DNA of 64,000 bases from the NCBI GenBank assembly GCA_025603075.1, contig MU626362.1:1-64000 (forward strand). The letters run 5' to 3'. Below are positions 35,201-49,646 of this stretch, in pieces (the first letter of the stretch is position 1; every line of letters starts with the position of its first letter). Source of the DNA: Neoconidiobolus thromboides FSU 785 (Eukaryota > Fungi > Entomophthoromycota). Both the position numbers and the translations under genes were made by a program. Below the pieces are notes generated by a model. The model had not been told where the DNA came from, ran no database searches, and saw only the letters and a list, made by a program, of their open reading frames with translations.

Positions 35201-37568
35201 ATGTTATCACCAAGTTTTAAAAACAATATCAACCGATTATTCTTCAGAAGACAATTCATAAATTTACCACGATGGACTCATACTAAGACCAACATCCACA
35301 AGAAGCCACTGAACTATTTTCATCCTTTGTTATTATTAACCAGTGGTTTAACTATAATTTATTATCTTGATACCAACACTTCACTTTTCAGAAAAATAGC
35401 ATTAAGTTCAATGAATACACAAGATATATATAATTTCATCGATTTGTGCCATCAAAACGATTTATTATCTATTGAACGGAAACTCAAAGATCAATATAAT
35501 TTAAATGAGCCACATCAATTAGGATGGTACCCATTGCATGTAGCAGTAGTTAAAAATAACTTAGAATTAACTAAGTTGTTATTGAAATACAAAGCTAATG
35601 TAAATTGTGAAGATCAATTTCAGTTTGCGAATTATTATAAAGGAACATCAAATGCTATGGGATTACATAAAATTATTTTTGAAAGAGAAAGGTTTTGTAA
35701 TCTGATTCGAGTAGACGCTCAAACTTTTGGATTTACGGTAAGTAAAGATTTTAGATTTTAGATAGTAGAAAAAAGGACTTTTTTGATAAATTTTGATTTA
35801 ACAGCCTTTACATTACGCTTGTTTTAATGGAAATTTCGAAATTATTCAATTATTAACAGAACATGGTGCTGATCCTACTAAAATGGATCAGAATGGTTAT
35901 GTAGCTAAAGATTATTTGGATAATAAGTTAAGAGATTATAATAGTATTGTTAATCATTTAAATAGTAATTTGTATATGTAATATATAAAGAAATAAATCA
36001 ACAGTAATCTTTAATTGTTTAGGCGTTGAGAAAAAACAAAAAGAAGATAAAGAGAGGAGGGAAAAAGAAATTAGGAAAAAGTGTAATTTTAAGCTATATT
36101 TGTGGAATGTTTAGTTTATTTAATTTTTATTTAGTCCCTATAGAACAACAATTACATGCCAAAATAGTTGGACAAGTAACGCCAATCAATGCTGTAGCTT
36201 CAGCAATAAGAAGAAAAGAGAATGGTAATCATAACATTATAAATAACAATGAAGATGAAAAAAACCCTAATAACTTTCAATTAGGTTGGTATGATGAAGA
36301 TAAGCCATTAGTATTCTTATTTTTAGGCTCTTCAGGAGTAGGAAAGACAGAGTTAGCTAAGCAGATAGCTAATTATACGCACAAAAATAATGAAACTAAT
36401 GGTTTTATAAGAATGGATATGTCGGAGTTTCAATCAAAACATGAGGTGGCAAAGTTTATTGGATCTCCACCAGGTTATGTGGTAGGATTTTTTATTTCTC
36501 TTTTGTTGTTTTCTTAGTAAGGTTTTTTGCTAGGGCTATGAAGAAGGTGGTCAATTAACCGAAAAATTGAGTCAATGTGAGAGGATATATAAAAACTATA
36601 CTAATAATATAATAATTAAATTTTTAGGTCCAAATGCGGTTGTATTATTAGACGAAGTAGAAAAAGCACATCCAGATGTATTAACTATTATGTTACAGGT
36701 ATTTGATGAAGGTAGATTAACAGATGGAAAGGTAATAAAAATAGTATATTTATTAGTAGTTTATATAATATTTTTATAGGGTACTATTGTAAATTGTAAA
36801 GATGCCATTTTTATTATGACATCAAATTTAGCTCAACAAGAAATCGCTGAAGAAGCTCAGATTTTAAGAAAAGAAGCTAGGTTAAGGGATTTAGATATTA
36901 ATAATATTAATAATGATAGTAATAATAAGGATAACACAGCTATTGTAAAAGATAGTGATAAGGAGGATAAAAATATGTTTAGTAATTTATATAAAGGCAT
37001 ATATAACAGCAATAATAATAAGGAGAATACAGTAAACGTCAATAAAGATAAAAATTCAAATAATGAATTAACAACAATAAATAACAGAACGATTATTCAA
37101 GAAAATAAAAATGAAATGAAATTAAGTAAAAATTTTATTGATAGTATAATCTATCCAATATTAAGACATCATTTTAAGCGGGATGAATTTTTGGGTAGAA
37201 TTTCTGAAATTTTATATTTTTTACCATTTGATGAAGTGGAACTAATTACTATTGTTGAAATGGAGCTAAATAAATGGGGAAAAAAGGTATAATATAATAT
37301 AATATAATATAATATAATATTTATTCTTATTATTTACTAGGCTAAATCTAAACATAATATAACATTAACATGGAGTCAAGAAGTAATTAAAGAATTAAGT
37401 AAGGGCTATAATTATCGATATGGAGCACGCTCTATCCAACATGAAGTAGAGCAAAGGGTAATCAATGTACTTGCTAAAGCATATGAATTAGATCAAATCA
37501 AAAAAGGCAATAAAATATTTTTATCTTTAAATGAAGAAGCATTAATTCAATTAAATATTGAAAAATAA
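35201..37568 (+). CDS. CLPB: Mitochondrial CLPB/Skd3-type ankyrin-repeat AAA+ disaggregase, multi-exon
   Basis: Basic presequence-like N-terminus; ankyrin repeats ([15 protein letters not shown]|PLHYACFNG); [26 protein letters not shown]; [24 protein letters not shown]; [12 protein letters not shown]; [19 protein letters not shown]; [15 protein letters not shown]. Confidence 0.92.
37288..37320. repeat. (TATAA)n pentanucleotide microsatellite in a CLPB intron
   Basis: About 6.5 perfect units directly after a GT donor. Confidence 0.8.
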
Positions 37569-37609
37569 AATAAAGGAATAAAAATAAAATCAATATATAT
37601 GCTTTTATT

Positions 37610-38098
37610 TTATTTAAAAAAATAACTTAATTTAACTAAATTAACCATTTCATACCATTGTTGTTGCTCTATTATATTATTATAAGCTGGTAAATTAATT
37701 TTATTTTGTTTATCAGATAGAAATTGATGAATATCTGAAGAGTTATATTTATAATAATTTAATAATAAAGAAAAAGCAATCTTGGGTTCTTTGTTTATAA
37801 ATAATAATTTGTTATTTATACATAGTATTAAAAATGATTTAAAGCTGTTAAAAGCCTCTAATGTATTTAGTTGACAATATTGTTGCATTAAATAGCTGTA
37901 GATTAAACTACTATTGATAGTTAATTGTTGAATTATATCGGATATCTCATGCTCTTTTTCTTTTTTTTTGAAGTATTGCAAATCGTTGATTTGTGTTATT
38001 ATTTGCTCTATATGGTTTGTTTCTTCCTTTGTATTTATATCACACCTTACTCCTGTCTCTAATTCACTAAAACAACCAGTACAGCTATTACAACTCAT
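37610..38098 (-). CDS. Hypothetical protein (162 aa)
   Basis: ORF from the track with N-terminal MSCNSCTGC; sits between CLPB and the MAPK; no recognisable domain; 3' end may be spliced. Confidence 0.5.
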   Translation of the reverse strand: MSCNSCTGCFSELETGVRCDINTKEETNHIEQIITQINDLQYFKKKEKEHEISDIIQQLTINSSLIYSYLMQQYCQLNTLEAFNSFKSFLILCINNKLLFINKEPKIAFSLLLNYYKYNSSDIHQFLSDKQNKINLPAYNNIIEQQQWYEMVNLVKLSYFFK

Positions 38099-38305
38099 TT
38101 CTTTTTAATATTAATAAATTTATAAATTAAATTTATTTTAAAGAATAAAAGAAATAAGGTTTTACAATTTAAATTAGTAATTTCAAATACTATTAACTAA
38201 TTAAAAAATATAACAAGAAATTAATAAAAAAACGGACATTTAATTTCTACTCTTCTATTTTTTTTAATCTTATCTTTTCAAATAAAAAAGTTTTAACTAT
38301 AAACC

Positions 38306-39998
<1,693 letters not shown>

Positions 39999-40259
39999 TT
40001 CTTTCCATATTTTTTTATTCTGTTCTACTATTAAATGAAATAATATACGTTATTAAGTTTTATAAGCTTATTTTTTTTGCCCCACTTCTTTTTTTATAAC
40101 TGATTGTTTTTAAACTTTGCTATTTAGACCAATCATCGATCAAGATTAGAATTTCAAAACATTGTAATAAATTAACATTTGTTAAATTCCAAGCTAAAAT
40201 TAAGGATTATTTTTTTTACATTATAAAAAACTTTAAAAAATTATAAAAAACTTTAAAAA

Positions 40260-41112
40260 ATGGCAGAGTCTGTATCCTTAATAGTTGCCGTAGTTATATT
40301 GTTTTTAGTATTTCGTTGGGTATTAGGTAAAAACTTTATAAAAAAGCAGCTATAAAACTCAATCTAGTTTCCATTAATTTTAGGCTCCAATAACAATATA
40401 CCAGGGGAAAATAATGGACGAGGAGGTATCAATGGTGTTAGGAGAAGGACTATAACTCCTGATATGGTAATTTATAAATACTTTTATTAATCTATATTTT
40501 AATATTAAACAAAAATTCAACTCTCAGGTCGAAAGCGTGAAAAACATGTTTCCTGAAGTATCAACAGCAGCTATACAAGCAGATTTAGCATTAACAGGTT
40601 CTGTAGAGCTAACATGTGAAAAGATTTTAGCCAATGGTGGTTTACCAATGGTAAGAAAAATTTTATTTTTATAAATGAAGTTAATTTTTAATTTTTCTAT
40701 TTTTTAGCCTGAGCAATTACTACCAAGAACAGGTAGAACTGCAGGAGATAATACTACTGCTAATGAAATAAATTCTAATACCAATAATAATGACAATAGT
40801 TTAAGAAATAGAGGACAAACTGGAGTGAATACTGGAGAAGGTTTATCACGTTCAACAAATACTTCGAACAGCAGCGCAGATAGTGTTAATTTAGCCGAAA
40901 AATATTTGAGTAATGTAGAAGAAAGTACTATTGCCGAACCAGTTAAGGAATGGAGTAATGATAGTGAAAAAAGACAAGAATTATTTTTAAAAAGAAAGCA
41001 GTTTATGGTATTGGAGGCCAGAAGGTAAGAAGATAAAATAGTATGTTTATTTGTTATGAAAGTTTATTGACTTTTTATTAGGAAGTTTTTGGAAAATCAA
41101 AAAAAGAATTAA
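40260..41112 (+). CDS. CUE-domain membrane-anchored protein (Cue1/Cue4-like ERAD factor), multi-exon
   Basis: N-terminal TM segment (VSLIVAVVILFLVFRWVL); CUE DM|VESVKNMFPEVSTAAIQADLALTGSVELTCEKIL; C-terminal WSNDSEKRQELFLKRKQFMVLEARR|KFLE. Confidence 0.85.
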
Positions 41113-41340
41113 ATTTTATATGTTGGATATTGAATATTATTATCACTTTGTTTATTTTATTCCATGTTTATTATGAAGCTTTGTAATTTTATTATCAGAA
41201 ATAGTAGTATATATATAAGGTTAAAGTTTACTTTGTAAGATTAAAACTACATAATATTTTAAGCTTATCAAAGTAAAACCAAAAAATAGCTAATTTATGT
41301 TAAGTTTAAATAATGTATTTAGCCATTTATTAGTCAATAT

Positions 41341-41434
41341 GGGGATGTGTTTTTATGTTTGATAATTTTACTAACAAGTTTTCTGTTCAAATAGCGCTTA
41401 AAAGATGGAAAGAGTGAAGCAAAAAGACATCCTC
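41341..41434 (-). mobile_element. MITE copy
   Basis: ggggatgt...acatcctc; TSD ATAT/ATAT. Confidence 0.9.
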
Positions 41435-41844
41435 ATATCTTAGATTTTGTAAAAAATGAACATTATTATTATTATTTTATTTTTTTACGATTGAATTTTT
41501 ATTTTTATTTAAATATTATTTTTTTTATAAGACTAAAACTTTATTCAAATCCTTTGATTTTCATTATACTTTTGTATATTAAACTACTTTTCTCATTTCA
41601 TTTATCTTATGAAAATGATAATAAAAGAAAATATTGAAGCTTTACCATATATTAACTATAATCTTAACTTTATAAGCCTTATTATACTAAATAACAAACA
41701 AGCTAATTTACCAAAACAACAAAACTTAGCAGTTGACTTTAACCAATAACATTCTATTTTGTAATTTGAATAACATCACTATCTAAAAAGTTTATAGACA
41801 AAATAAACTTTTAAAGCAAATTTTATTTTTTAAATAAATACAAA

Positions 41845-44800
41845 ATGCCAATTTCTATCATTGGGTATTTAGAAAAGGTAAAAGGTTAAATAACTCATGA
41901 TTAACTTGGAAATATTAACTTAATTTCCTTCTTTTCTCTTTTCACTTATCATTTCAGTTTACTTCCAGTGACAATGATTTTCGATATATGGCGGTTAATG
42001 ATTTGTTAACTGAACTTAATCAACATAAAGGACCAATCGAACCACAAGTGTGTGCTCAAATTATTGAAGGCTTAATAAGATTGATTATTGAAGAACAGAG
42101 TACTAGTGAGGTTAAAAATTTAGCTATTAAATGGTAAAGTGTAAATCAAAGATTTTCTAGTGAGCAAGAATTTAATTTAAATTTCACTTTTAGCTTAGGA
42201 CCATTATGTAATTATTTAGGTCATGATTTACTATCTACTTTATTTTCAAAAACGTTAGCTATGTTGGAAAATAATAAAGAAGAAATCGTCGAATTAGGGG
42301 GACTTAGTAAGTTCATTCATAAAAATGATTGAAACAACCTTTATTCTTTTTAGCTTTAAAAACAGTGGTTAATAGTTTAGGTCTACAAAACAGTGATGGT
42401 TTGGTAAAAATTAAAGATACATTTCGAAAATTAGTCATATTATTGAAACAAGTAATACTATTATATTAGCTATAATATAAGCAATAGTATACTAATAAGT
42501 TTATCTTAAATAGGACAACAATTACAGTCGTCAATATGATATCATTGAAATTCTAATTGAATTATTAAATAAGTACGGCTCTACTATTTTAGCTACTTTT
42601 GATGGGAACCCAGATGAACAAATTCAAACTTTATCTATGGATTCTATCTTTCCTTTACTTTCTCATTCACGCCCCGGACTCAAAAAAAAAGCTTCCATTT
42701 GTTTAGGTATTTATATATATGTATAGTAATAGTGATAAGGATAATTTATTTATTCATTTAAAAATAGGTGCTTTATCTTCTCATTTAAAAGAATCTCTTT
42801 TCGTTAGTTTGGTTCAAAAGCTTAGTGATTTATATAAAATTGAACATACAGGTACTATTTCAGATTCACAAAAAGAACAATCTATTATTGTTATTCAATC
42901 TTTCTCAATGTTATGTCGTTCGGATCCAACTAGAACCGGTCCTTATTTAAAGACTATCATTCCAGCTATTCTTCAACATGCGTCATTACAAGATGATATA
43001 TTAACAGAACAATGTTTACATGTAAAATTCATTTATTTTACTTTTGTTTTGAAGTTTAAATATTTATTAACTTTTGATTTGTAGGCATTAGAAATTTTTA
43101 CTTTATTTTGTCCAAAAGAAATTGATAGTTTTTATTCTCAAGTAGCTAAACTTTGTCTCAATTATATCAGTTATGATCCCAATTATATTGAAGATGATGA
43201 TGATAATATGGATGACTCAGCAGAAGATGAATTTGATGAATTTGACGATGAATTTGACGATGATGATGACACATGGAAGTTAAGAAGATTAAGTGCTAAA
43301 GTGTTACAAGCTTTAGTAACAGTAAATATTGATCAACTTGGTTATTTTTATGAGAAAGTAGCGCCTATTTTAATTAAAAGATTTTCAGAAAGAGAAGAAG
43401 CAGTACGTATTGAGATTATACAAGCTTTTATTGCCCTTTTAAAACAAACAAATAGTTTAAATCACCACTTTTTAAATGAATTAAATAATGATCAAACCGA
43501 AATAGCTGAAAAAGAAGACGATAATATAAAGAGACGTAAATTATCTCCTCAAATGATAGAAGAAGAAAATCAATATGAAAAATTAAAGCAATTATTATTA
43601 GTAAATTTAAGTAATGTTATACAAAAGATATCGGACCAAATTAATAGTGGACAATTATCTACTCAGCAAATTAGTATTAAATTATTAACTCAACTTACAA
43701 TTACTTTGCCCAATCAACTTGGTAGTTATATTGAAGATATAAAATCAAACATTACTTTTATTTATTCATCAAACATACAACAGAAAGTAAAAAGTAATCC
43801 AGTGGAATATATTACGCTTAAAAAAGAAAGTTTGTGTTTTATTCGAGAACTTTTAAAAACTCATGATTATAAATTATTTGAAAATCATATCTCTTGGTTA
43901 TGTCCAATCATTATAAATGCAATGAAAGATCCTTCTAACAAATATTTTAATGAATCGTTTTCAGCGTGTATTGAATTTATTAGAATAATACTTCCAATCA
44001 ATCAATTAGATGACACGTTGTTAGTTAACTTTGATCTATATGGAGAATATATAAGAAATATTTATCAAACTTTATTAGATTTTATTGTTAATGGAAATAA
44101 AGAGAATGCATCAAGAGAACGTAGTATTAGGATGATTGGCTTATTGTTTAATCATTCTGGTAATTATATGTTATCTGAATTGGAAACTTGTATTTCTTTC
44201 CTTGGTCAACTTAATATCTATGAATTATATGCATTACCTATTCTTCAAGCTTACATTACTATTTTAGAATCAAGTCGATTTGATTGGACTCAAATTCAAA
44301 AGGGATCAACAATTTTAACTACCTTTATTAAAGTACTTCATGATATTCTAAGTAACCTTAAAAAAGAAAATCGTAGTCTTAAATTAGCTACTCTAACTTA
44401 TATTGCTAGTTTAGTTAGTAAATTTGGCAACCATTTTGAACTAAAATCGTATGAATTATTATTAGTTGAATTCAAGGATGTACTAACTACTTTTGAGTTA
44501 CAAGAACTTATTATTAGTATTCAAATATTAGATAATATGATTTCATTTCAATTAGATCCAAGTATACGTCATCATAATATCAAACTGTTAGGTGAAGATA
44601 GTTTTTGGTCGTCAATGGTTGCTATTCCAAATTCCATTCATCTTCAAGGGATTGCTACTGAAACCTATAGTCAATTATTAATCAAAATCATTTCTATTGC
44701 CAACGAAGCTCAACTAAACATTACTACTATAAGTAAAAACTATATTGATGCTTTTTATTCCCTAGTAGTACAAATGAAAGATAAGCCCATTCAAAAACAA

Positions 44801-46141
44801 ATATTAATCAATTTATCCCGCTGTATTAGTAGTGTTATGATTGGTTATACTAAATGTATTCAAGATGGTTATACTCAATTTATTACTCCTTTCATTACCA
44901 TTATCAAGGATAATAGTTCATTACCAGTCTCACGTCACATTTCCTTTTTAATCTTAGGGCATCTTAGCTTTAACTTTAATTTATCCAATCATATTGATTT
45001 ATTCAATGAATGTTTAGAAGCATTTAGAGATTCTAATTCAGAACTTCGAACTGCAGCAGCATATGCTTTAGGATGTTATACAGCTAGTAATTTTGAAGAA
45101 GTAATTGAAAAATTAATTGAAAAAATTCATACATTAAAAGAAGAGAGATATTTTTTACTTTTATCTTTAAAAGAAGCAATAACATATTATATTACTAAAG
45201 ATAGTTTATTTGATCAGCAACAAATTGAAAGTTATAGTGAAAAATTATGGCAAGTATTAATTGAAGATTCCTTTTCTCAAGATCATGAAGAAAGTAGTCA
45301 GAATTTAATCGCAGAATGTATTGGTAAATTAAGTAGTATGAAACCAGATAAATTTTTACCAATCCTTGAACAAAAAATCAAGAGTAATAATGAAAGTATA
45401 CGTAATATAATTATTATATCTATTAGATATATGAATTTCAATGAAGATAAAGAATTTATTGAAAAGTTCCAAAGGTATATATTAAGCTTTTTATCTTTAT
45501 TAAAAGATGATTCTTTGCAAGTAAGAAAACAAAGTATATTGAGTTTAACTTCAGTAGCTCATCAGATACCATTTATCGTTAATAAGCATTTGAAACAAAT
45601 CTTACCACTAATCTTCCAAGAAACAACAATTAAACCAGAATTAATTCGGTTTGTTGATATGGGATTACAGAAGATTAAAGTAGATGATGGTTTAGAAAAT
45701 CGTAAAGCCAGTTATGAATGTTTGTATACATTGTTGGATACCAGTTTACAATATCTTAATATTGAAGAATTAATTACTGGTCCTATTTTATCTGGATTAA
45801 AAGATCAGCATGAAATTAAGTTAATTTGCCACTTATTTTTATTAAGATTTACTAAAATGACACCAAATTATTTAATTCAATATTTAGAAACTATATCTCA
45901 AGCCTTTTTATCCGATTTAAATATCAAAGTTAAAGATAATGGGTATAAACAAGAGAAAAATCAAAGGGAAGAACTAGTACGTTCTATTATTAAAGTATTT
46001 GTTACTTTAAGTAATGAACTTAACATCCATATTATGGTACCAGGCTTTGAAGCCCTTAATAAAATGGTTAAGAATCCAGAAGGAGGGTATTATTTGGAAT
46101 ATAAGGAGGTGTTAAATCAACTTCAAACAGGATCCAAATAA
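41845..46141 (+). CDS. CAND1: Cullin-associated NEDD8-dissociated protein 1 (TIP120), multi-exon
   Basis: LEK|FTSSDNDFRYMAVNDLLTEL, SEVKNLAIKC|LG, YISYDPNY, DDDDTWKLRRLSAK, KPELIRFVDMG...KVDDGLENRKASYECLYTLL. Confidence 0.93.
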
Positions 46142-46349
46142 ATACATATATACATATTGCTTTACTTTTTATTATTTTTGAAATTAAATATTTTCTACTT
46201 TTATTGTTTTTTTAGGCTAAATAAGATTTAATAAATAAACATAACATACATTATAAAAATAAGGTTAAATTATACGATAGTACATAAATAAATGAAGAGT
46301 AATCAAATGAACTAAAAAACTATTAAAAAAGAAAACTGGTTTTACTTTC

Positions 46350-46643
46350 TTAATTAAATGCACCACCTAACATCACACACTCACTTTCAGCAATTGAAGG
46401 TAAACGACGACCGAATTTAGCAGGTAATTGGTTTTCTTCAATAAAATAAACATTGGTACCGAAATTATCAGTATAACTCTCTTTTGATGAAGTTGCTTTT
46501 TGATTTATTTGTTTTGTTGATACTGACGAAGGCCCCGATTTTGATTGTAAATTCAATGACTTTCTCGAACCTAAAAAGTGGATCATAGGTTGATGACGCT
46601 TTGGTATTTTTACTTGGGCAAAAAGAGTTCTTGTTAAGTTCAT
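46350..46643 (-). CDS. KGD4: Alpha-ketoglutarate dehydrogenase subunit 4 (Kgd4/Ymr31/MRPS36)
   Basis: N-terminal RHQPMIHFLGSR and C-terminal RLPSIAESECVMLGGA motifs; 97 aa. Confidence 0.8.
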   Translation of the reverse strand: MNLTRTLFAQVKIPKRHQPMIHFLGSRKSLNLQSKSGPSSVSTKQINQKATSSKESYTDNFGTNVYFIEENQLPAKFGRRLPSIAESECVMLGGAFN

Positions 46644-47359
46644 GTTTATATGTATATGTATACTAGCCTTTGAAGTTAGGTTAAAGTTTGTAATTTTAAT
46701 AGCAAAAAATTTTAAAAATTGGAATTTTACTGATTATAGAGTCTAAGTCTTCTGGTTTTTATAAAGCTCAAGTTTCATTGGTTGGTTCATTTTAGCTTTT
46801 TTTTCAAAGTTTTTAATAGATAGATCCTTTAAAAAGAATTTTTTTATAAACAGTAAAATTCAAAAATATCATTTCATTATTTTGATCACCCTTTGTTCAG
46901 ATTAAATTTTGGAAATGTTTTTGTATGAGAACTAAAGCCGAAAGTAGCTTAATAAACATAGCATTTAACTTCAGTTTATTGGCCTTTCAAATATTATGAA
47001 TGAGTCAATCCTACTATAATTTTCATGCAAAGGTATAATCATGACGAGTTGGACTCATAAAATTCTTTCATTTTAAATTCTATTGATGATTATGATGAGT
47101 CTAATCGTGAAACACCCTAGTTTAGCAGCAAATTATGCTTGCTAGAAATAGTTTTGGAAAATTTTGGTACTCAAAGGGTTACAATAGGTACTAACAAATG
47201 ATTTGCTATAGATTAAATAAATAGATTAACATGTTTAAGGGAATAAAAAGAAGAAATAATTTTTTTATAGAAATAATTGGATAAAAAAATAACACTAAAT
47301 TTATTAACTGATTACAAATAAATGTTATAACCTTAGTTATATTGAATTTAAAAGTTCAA

Positions 47360-48385
47360 TCAACAACCACAAGGACGTTTGGTTGATCCGTAACTACGGA
47401 AGCGAGAGAATATTAAAGTGCCTAAAGTAATGCCCAAAATAACAGCAAAAAATAAGCCAACATTAAATGTCATTGAAACTAACATTAATAAATAAGCAAT
47501 CGATGACTCAAAAAATTGAAAGATGGCACGATAAGTATCAATAGTAAATTGTCTTCTAGAATATGAATTTAATTTATCAATACTTTCTTCTGTCCATGTA
47601 ACTTCGAATTTACTTCTAATTGTTAAAAGGAGTTCATAAATAACACCAAACACAACAATAGCAATAAAAGTTCCTGCATATTGTCCAGCAGTGCGTGGCA
47701 CCCATTCTTTGAAAAGTACATAATCTGCAAAACCAGTATGGAAATACATACGCATCTGTGGCGCTGCATTACCTTCTCCATTCATTTCACAGTAAGGTAG
47801 GTTATTTTGGGCCTTTCCATCTACAGAACCTGGACACATCTTCTTCCAATCTGAGCATTGATCCATTTCAGGCATTGCTTGACATAATTGAGAATAAACA
47901 CCAAGTAAATCACAGTTAGCATAAAATGAAGTTGTAGCACATTTTTCACATCCATCCATAGTCATTTCGTTACAGATAGATTTGACTTGTTTATTAACAG
48001 TTTCAGTATTTGGTAAATTTGAGATAGGAAGTTTATCTTTACATTGTGGAACGAGGGAGCCTTGTTTACATAATGATACATAATTTTTACATCCACCCAT
48101 ACCAGGCATATCACTTTTACATACATCAGCTAAGATTGAAAACGAGTCACAATAAGCCTCTTGTTGAAGTTGAGTGGAATTCCCACATAAACTTCGAATA
48201 GAACAACCTGGCATATAAGGCATATTACGACACAAATTTATCATATCAGCTTCGATATTTTCATTACTATATACATAGTTTGTACAACTTGAATCAGTTG
48301 GATTTGAAATACAGTCACTATTAATACCATTTAAAAATGGGAGAATTAAAGATGCTAATTTTAATAAACGATTGGAAAGCCTCAT
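47360..48385 (-). CDS. Ctr copper transporter with a Cys/Met-rich extracellular N-terminal domain
   Basis: MRMYFHTG...LFKEW; TM2 YLLMLVSMTFN (MxxxM); GxxxG in TM3; signal peptide; repeated CxxMPxMxGC motifs. Confidence 0.9.
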   Translation of the reverse strand: MRLSNRLLKLASLILPFLNGINSDCISNPTDSSCTNYVYSNENIEADMINLCRNMPYMPGCSIRSLCGNSTQLQQEAYCDSFSILADVCKSDMPGMGGCKNYVSLCKQGSLVPQCKDKLPISNLPNTETVNKQVKSICNEMTMDGCEKCATTSFYANCDLLGVYSQLCQAMPEMDQCSDWKKMCPGSVDGKAQNNLPYCEMNGEGNAAPQMRMYFHTGFADYVLFKEWVPRTAGQYAGTFIAIVVFGVIYELLLTIRSKFEVTWTEESIDKLNSYSRRQFTIDTYRAIFQFFESSIAYLLMLVSMTFNVGLFFAVILGITLGTLIFSRFRSYGSTKRPCGC

Positions 48386-49634
48386 TATAGTAGTTTGCTA
48401 TTAAACAAAAATAGTTAGTAAAAAAATTAACGAAAGGAACTAAGAAATACCTAATTTACAACAAAAAATTTTAGTTTTCAATTTTAAAAAAAGAAATAAA
48501 GGTCATGGAAAGAAAAGAAGCTTTTTAAATAATAGTTGTTTTCTAAAGCTTCTTTTTAAGTACTTAATTAGGAAGCCCCCGAAATCAAGTCCAATTAGAT
48601 TGGGGATTGTTGCCTTTAGATAGCCTATCATTGGGTTTTTAAAATGTTTGAAGTTAGCACACTTACTTGAAACAAAAGGATTGTTCTATTGGAATAAATC
48701 GAAGGAAGAATTTGTTCAAAATAAGCGACATAGCCAATTATAAGTCTTAGTTGATTTCATACATTTACAATTAAGATTTTATTTAATTTGGAAATATTCT
48801 AGAAGCTTTCATAAATCTACTTAGTTTTATTATTAAGCATTAAAGCGGATAGGTTGGTCATCTAGTAGGATTAAGAGTATGGTGCAATCTGTTCGAAGGG
48901 AAAAGAGGTTTCAAGGTTTATTATCTTAATTAATTAGTGGCTGACATCTTTTAAATAAAGGAAATTGAAAATTAATTTTACAATTGAAATTTATTACATC
49001 GTTTAACATATAATCTAATATTATGAAACTATATTTTTAATTATTAAAAGATATTTTTACTTCTATCTGTATAGAAAACTAAAACAAATCAACTATGATT
49101 GATTGATTTATTTGTAAATTTAAATGATATTATTAAGAAAAATTGATTTTATCTTTTAAAATCAGGGGTTGTATTTATTATAACAAACTATTTATTTGAA
49201 ATAAACATGTTAACTCAAAAACTTATGATTCAACAAAATGCTTATAAATTAATTTTAGTTATCGAATTCTACAAGGAGTAAATAAAGTATGTACAGATTA
49301 ATTAAAATTGTTTATATATGAAGTTAAGCAAATCTTCTTTACATAAAATTCATATACTGTTCATACAAAGTAAGTATTTATGATAATATAAGTTAAAAGA
49401 CTAATACTTTAAAATAATGGATTTTAAATGGTAGTTTATTAAACCAAGAAGAATATCAAAAAACGTATTAATTTTATCATTTTTAATTTATTCAAAGAGA
49501 ACTTCATTAACAAAAAGCTTGATAGAGTTAAGATATTTTCTAAAACCTGTACATTATTTTTGGAATCATCACTAAAGACAAGATATTTGAAATCAGAGAA
49601 ACTATAACCAATATTCTGTATTAATTTACCATAT

Positions 49635-49646
49635 GGGGATGTATTT
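49635..49646. mobile_element. Solo MITE TIR fragment
   Basis: ATAT followed by ggggatgtattt with no downstream body. Confidence 0.4.
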
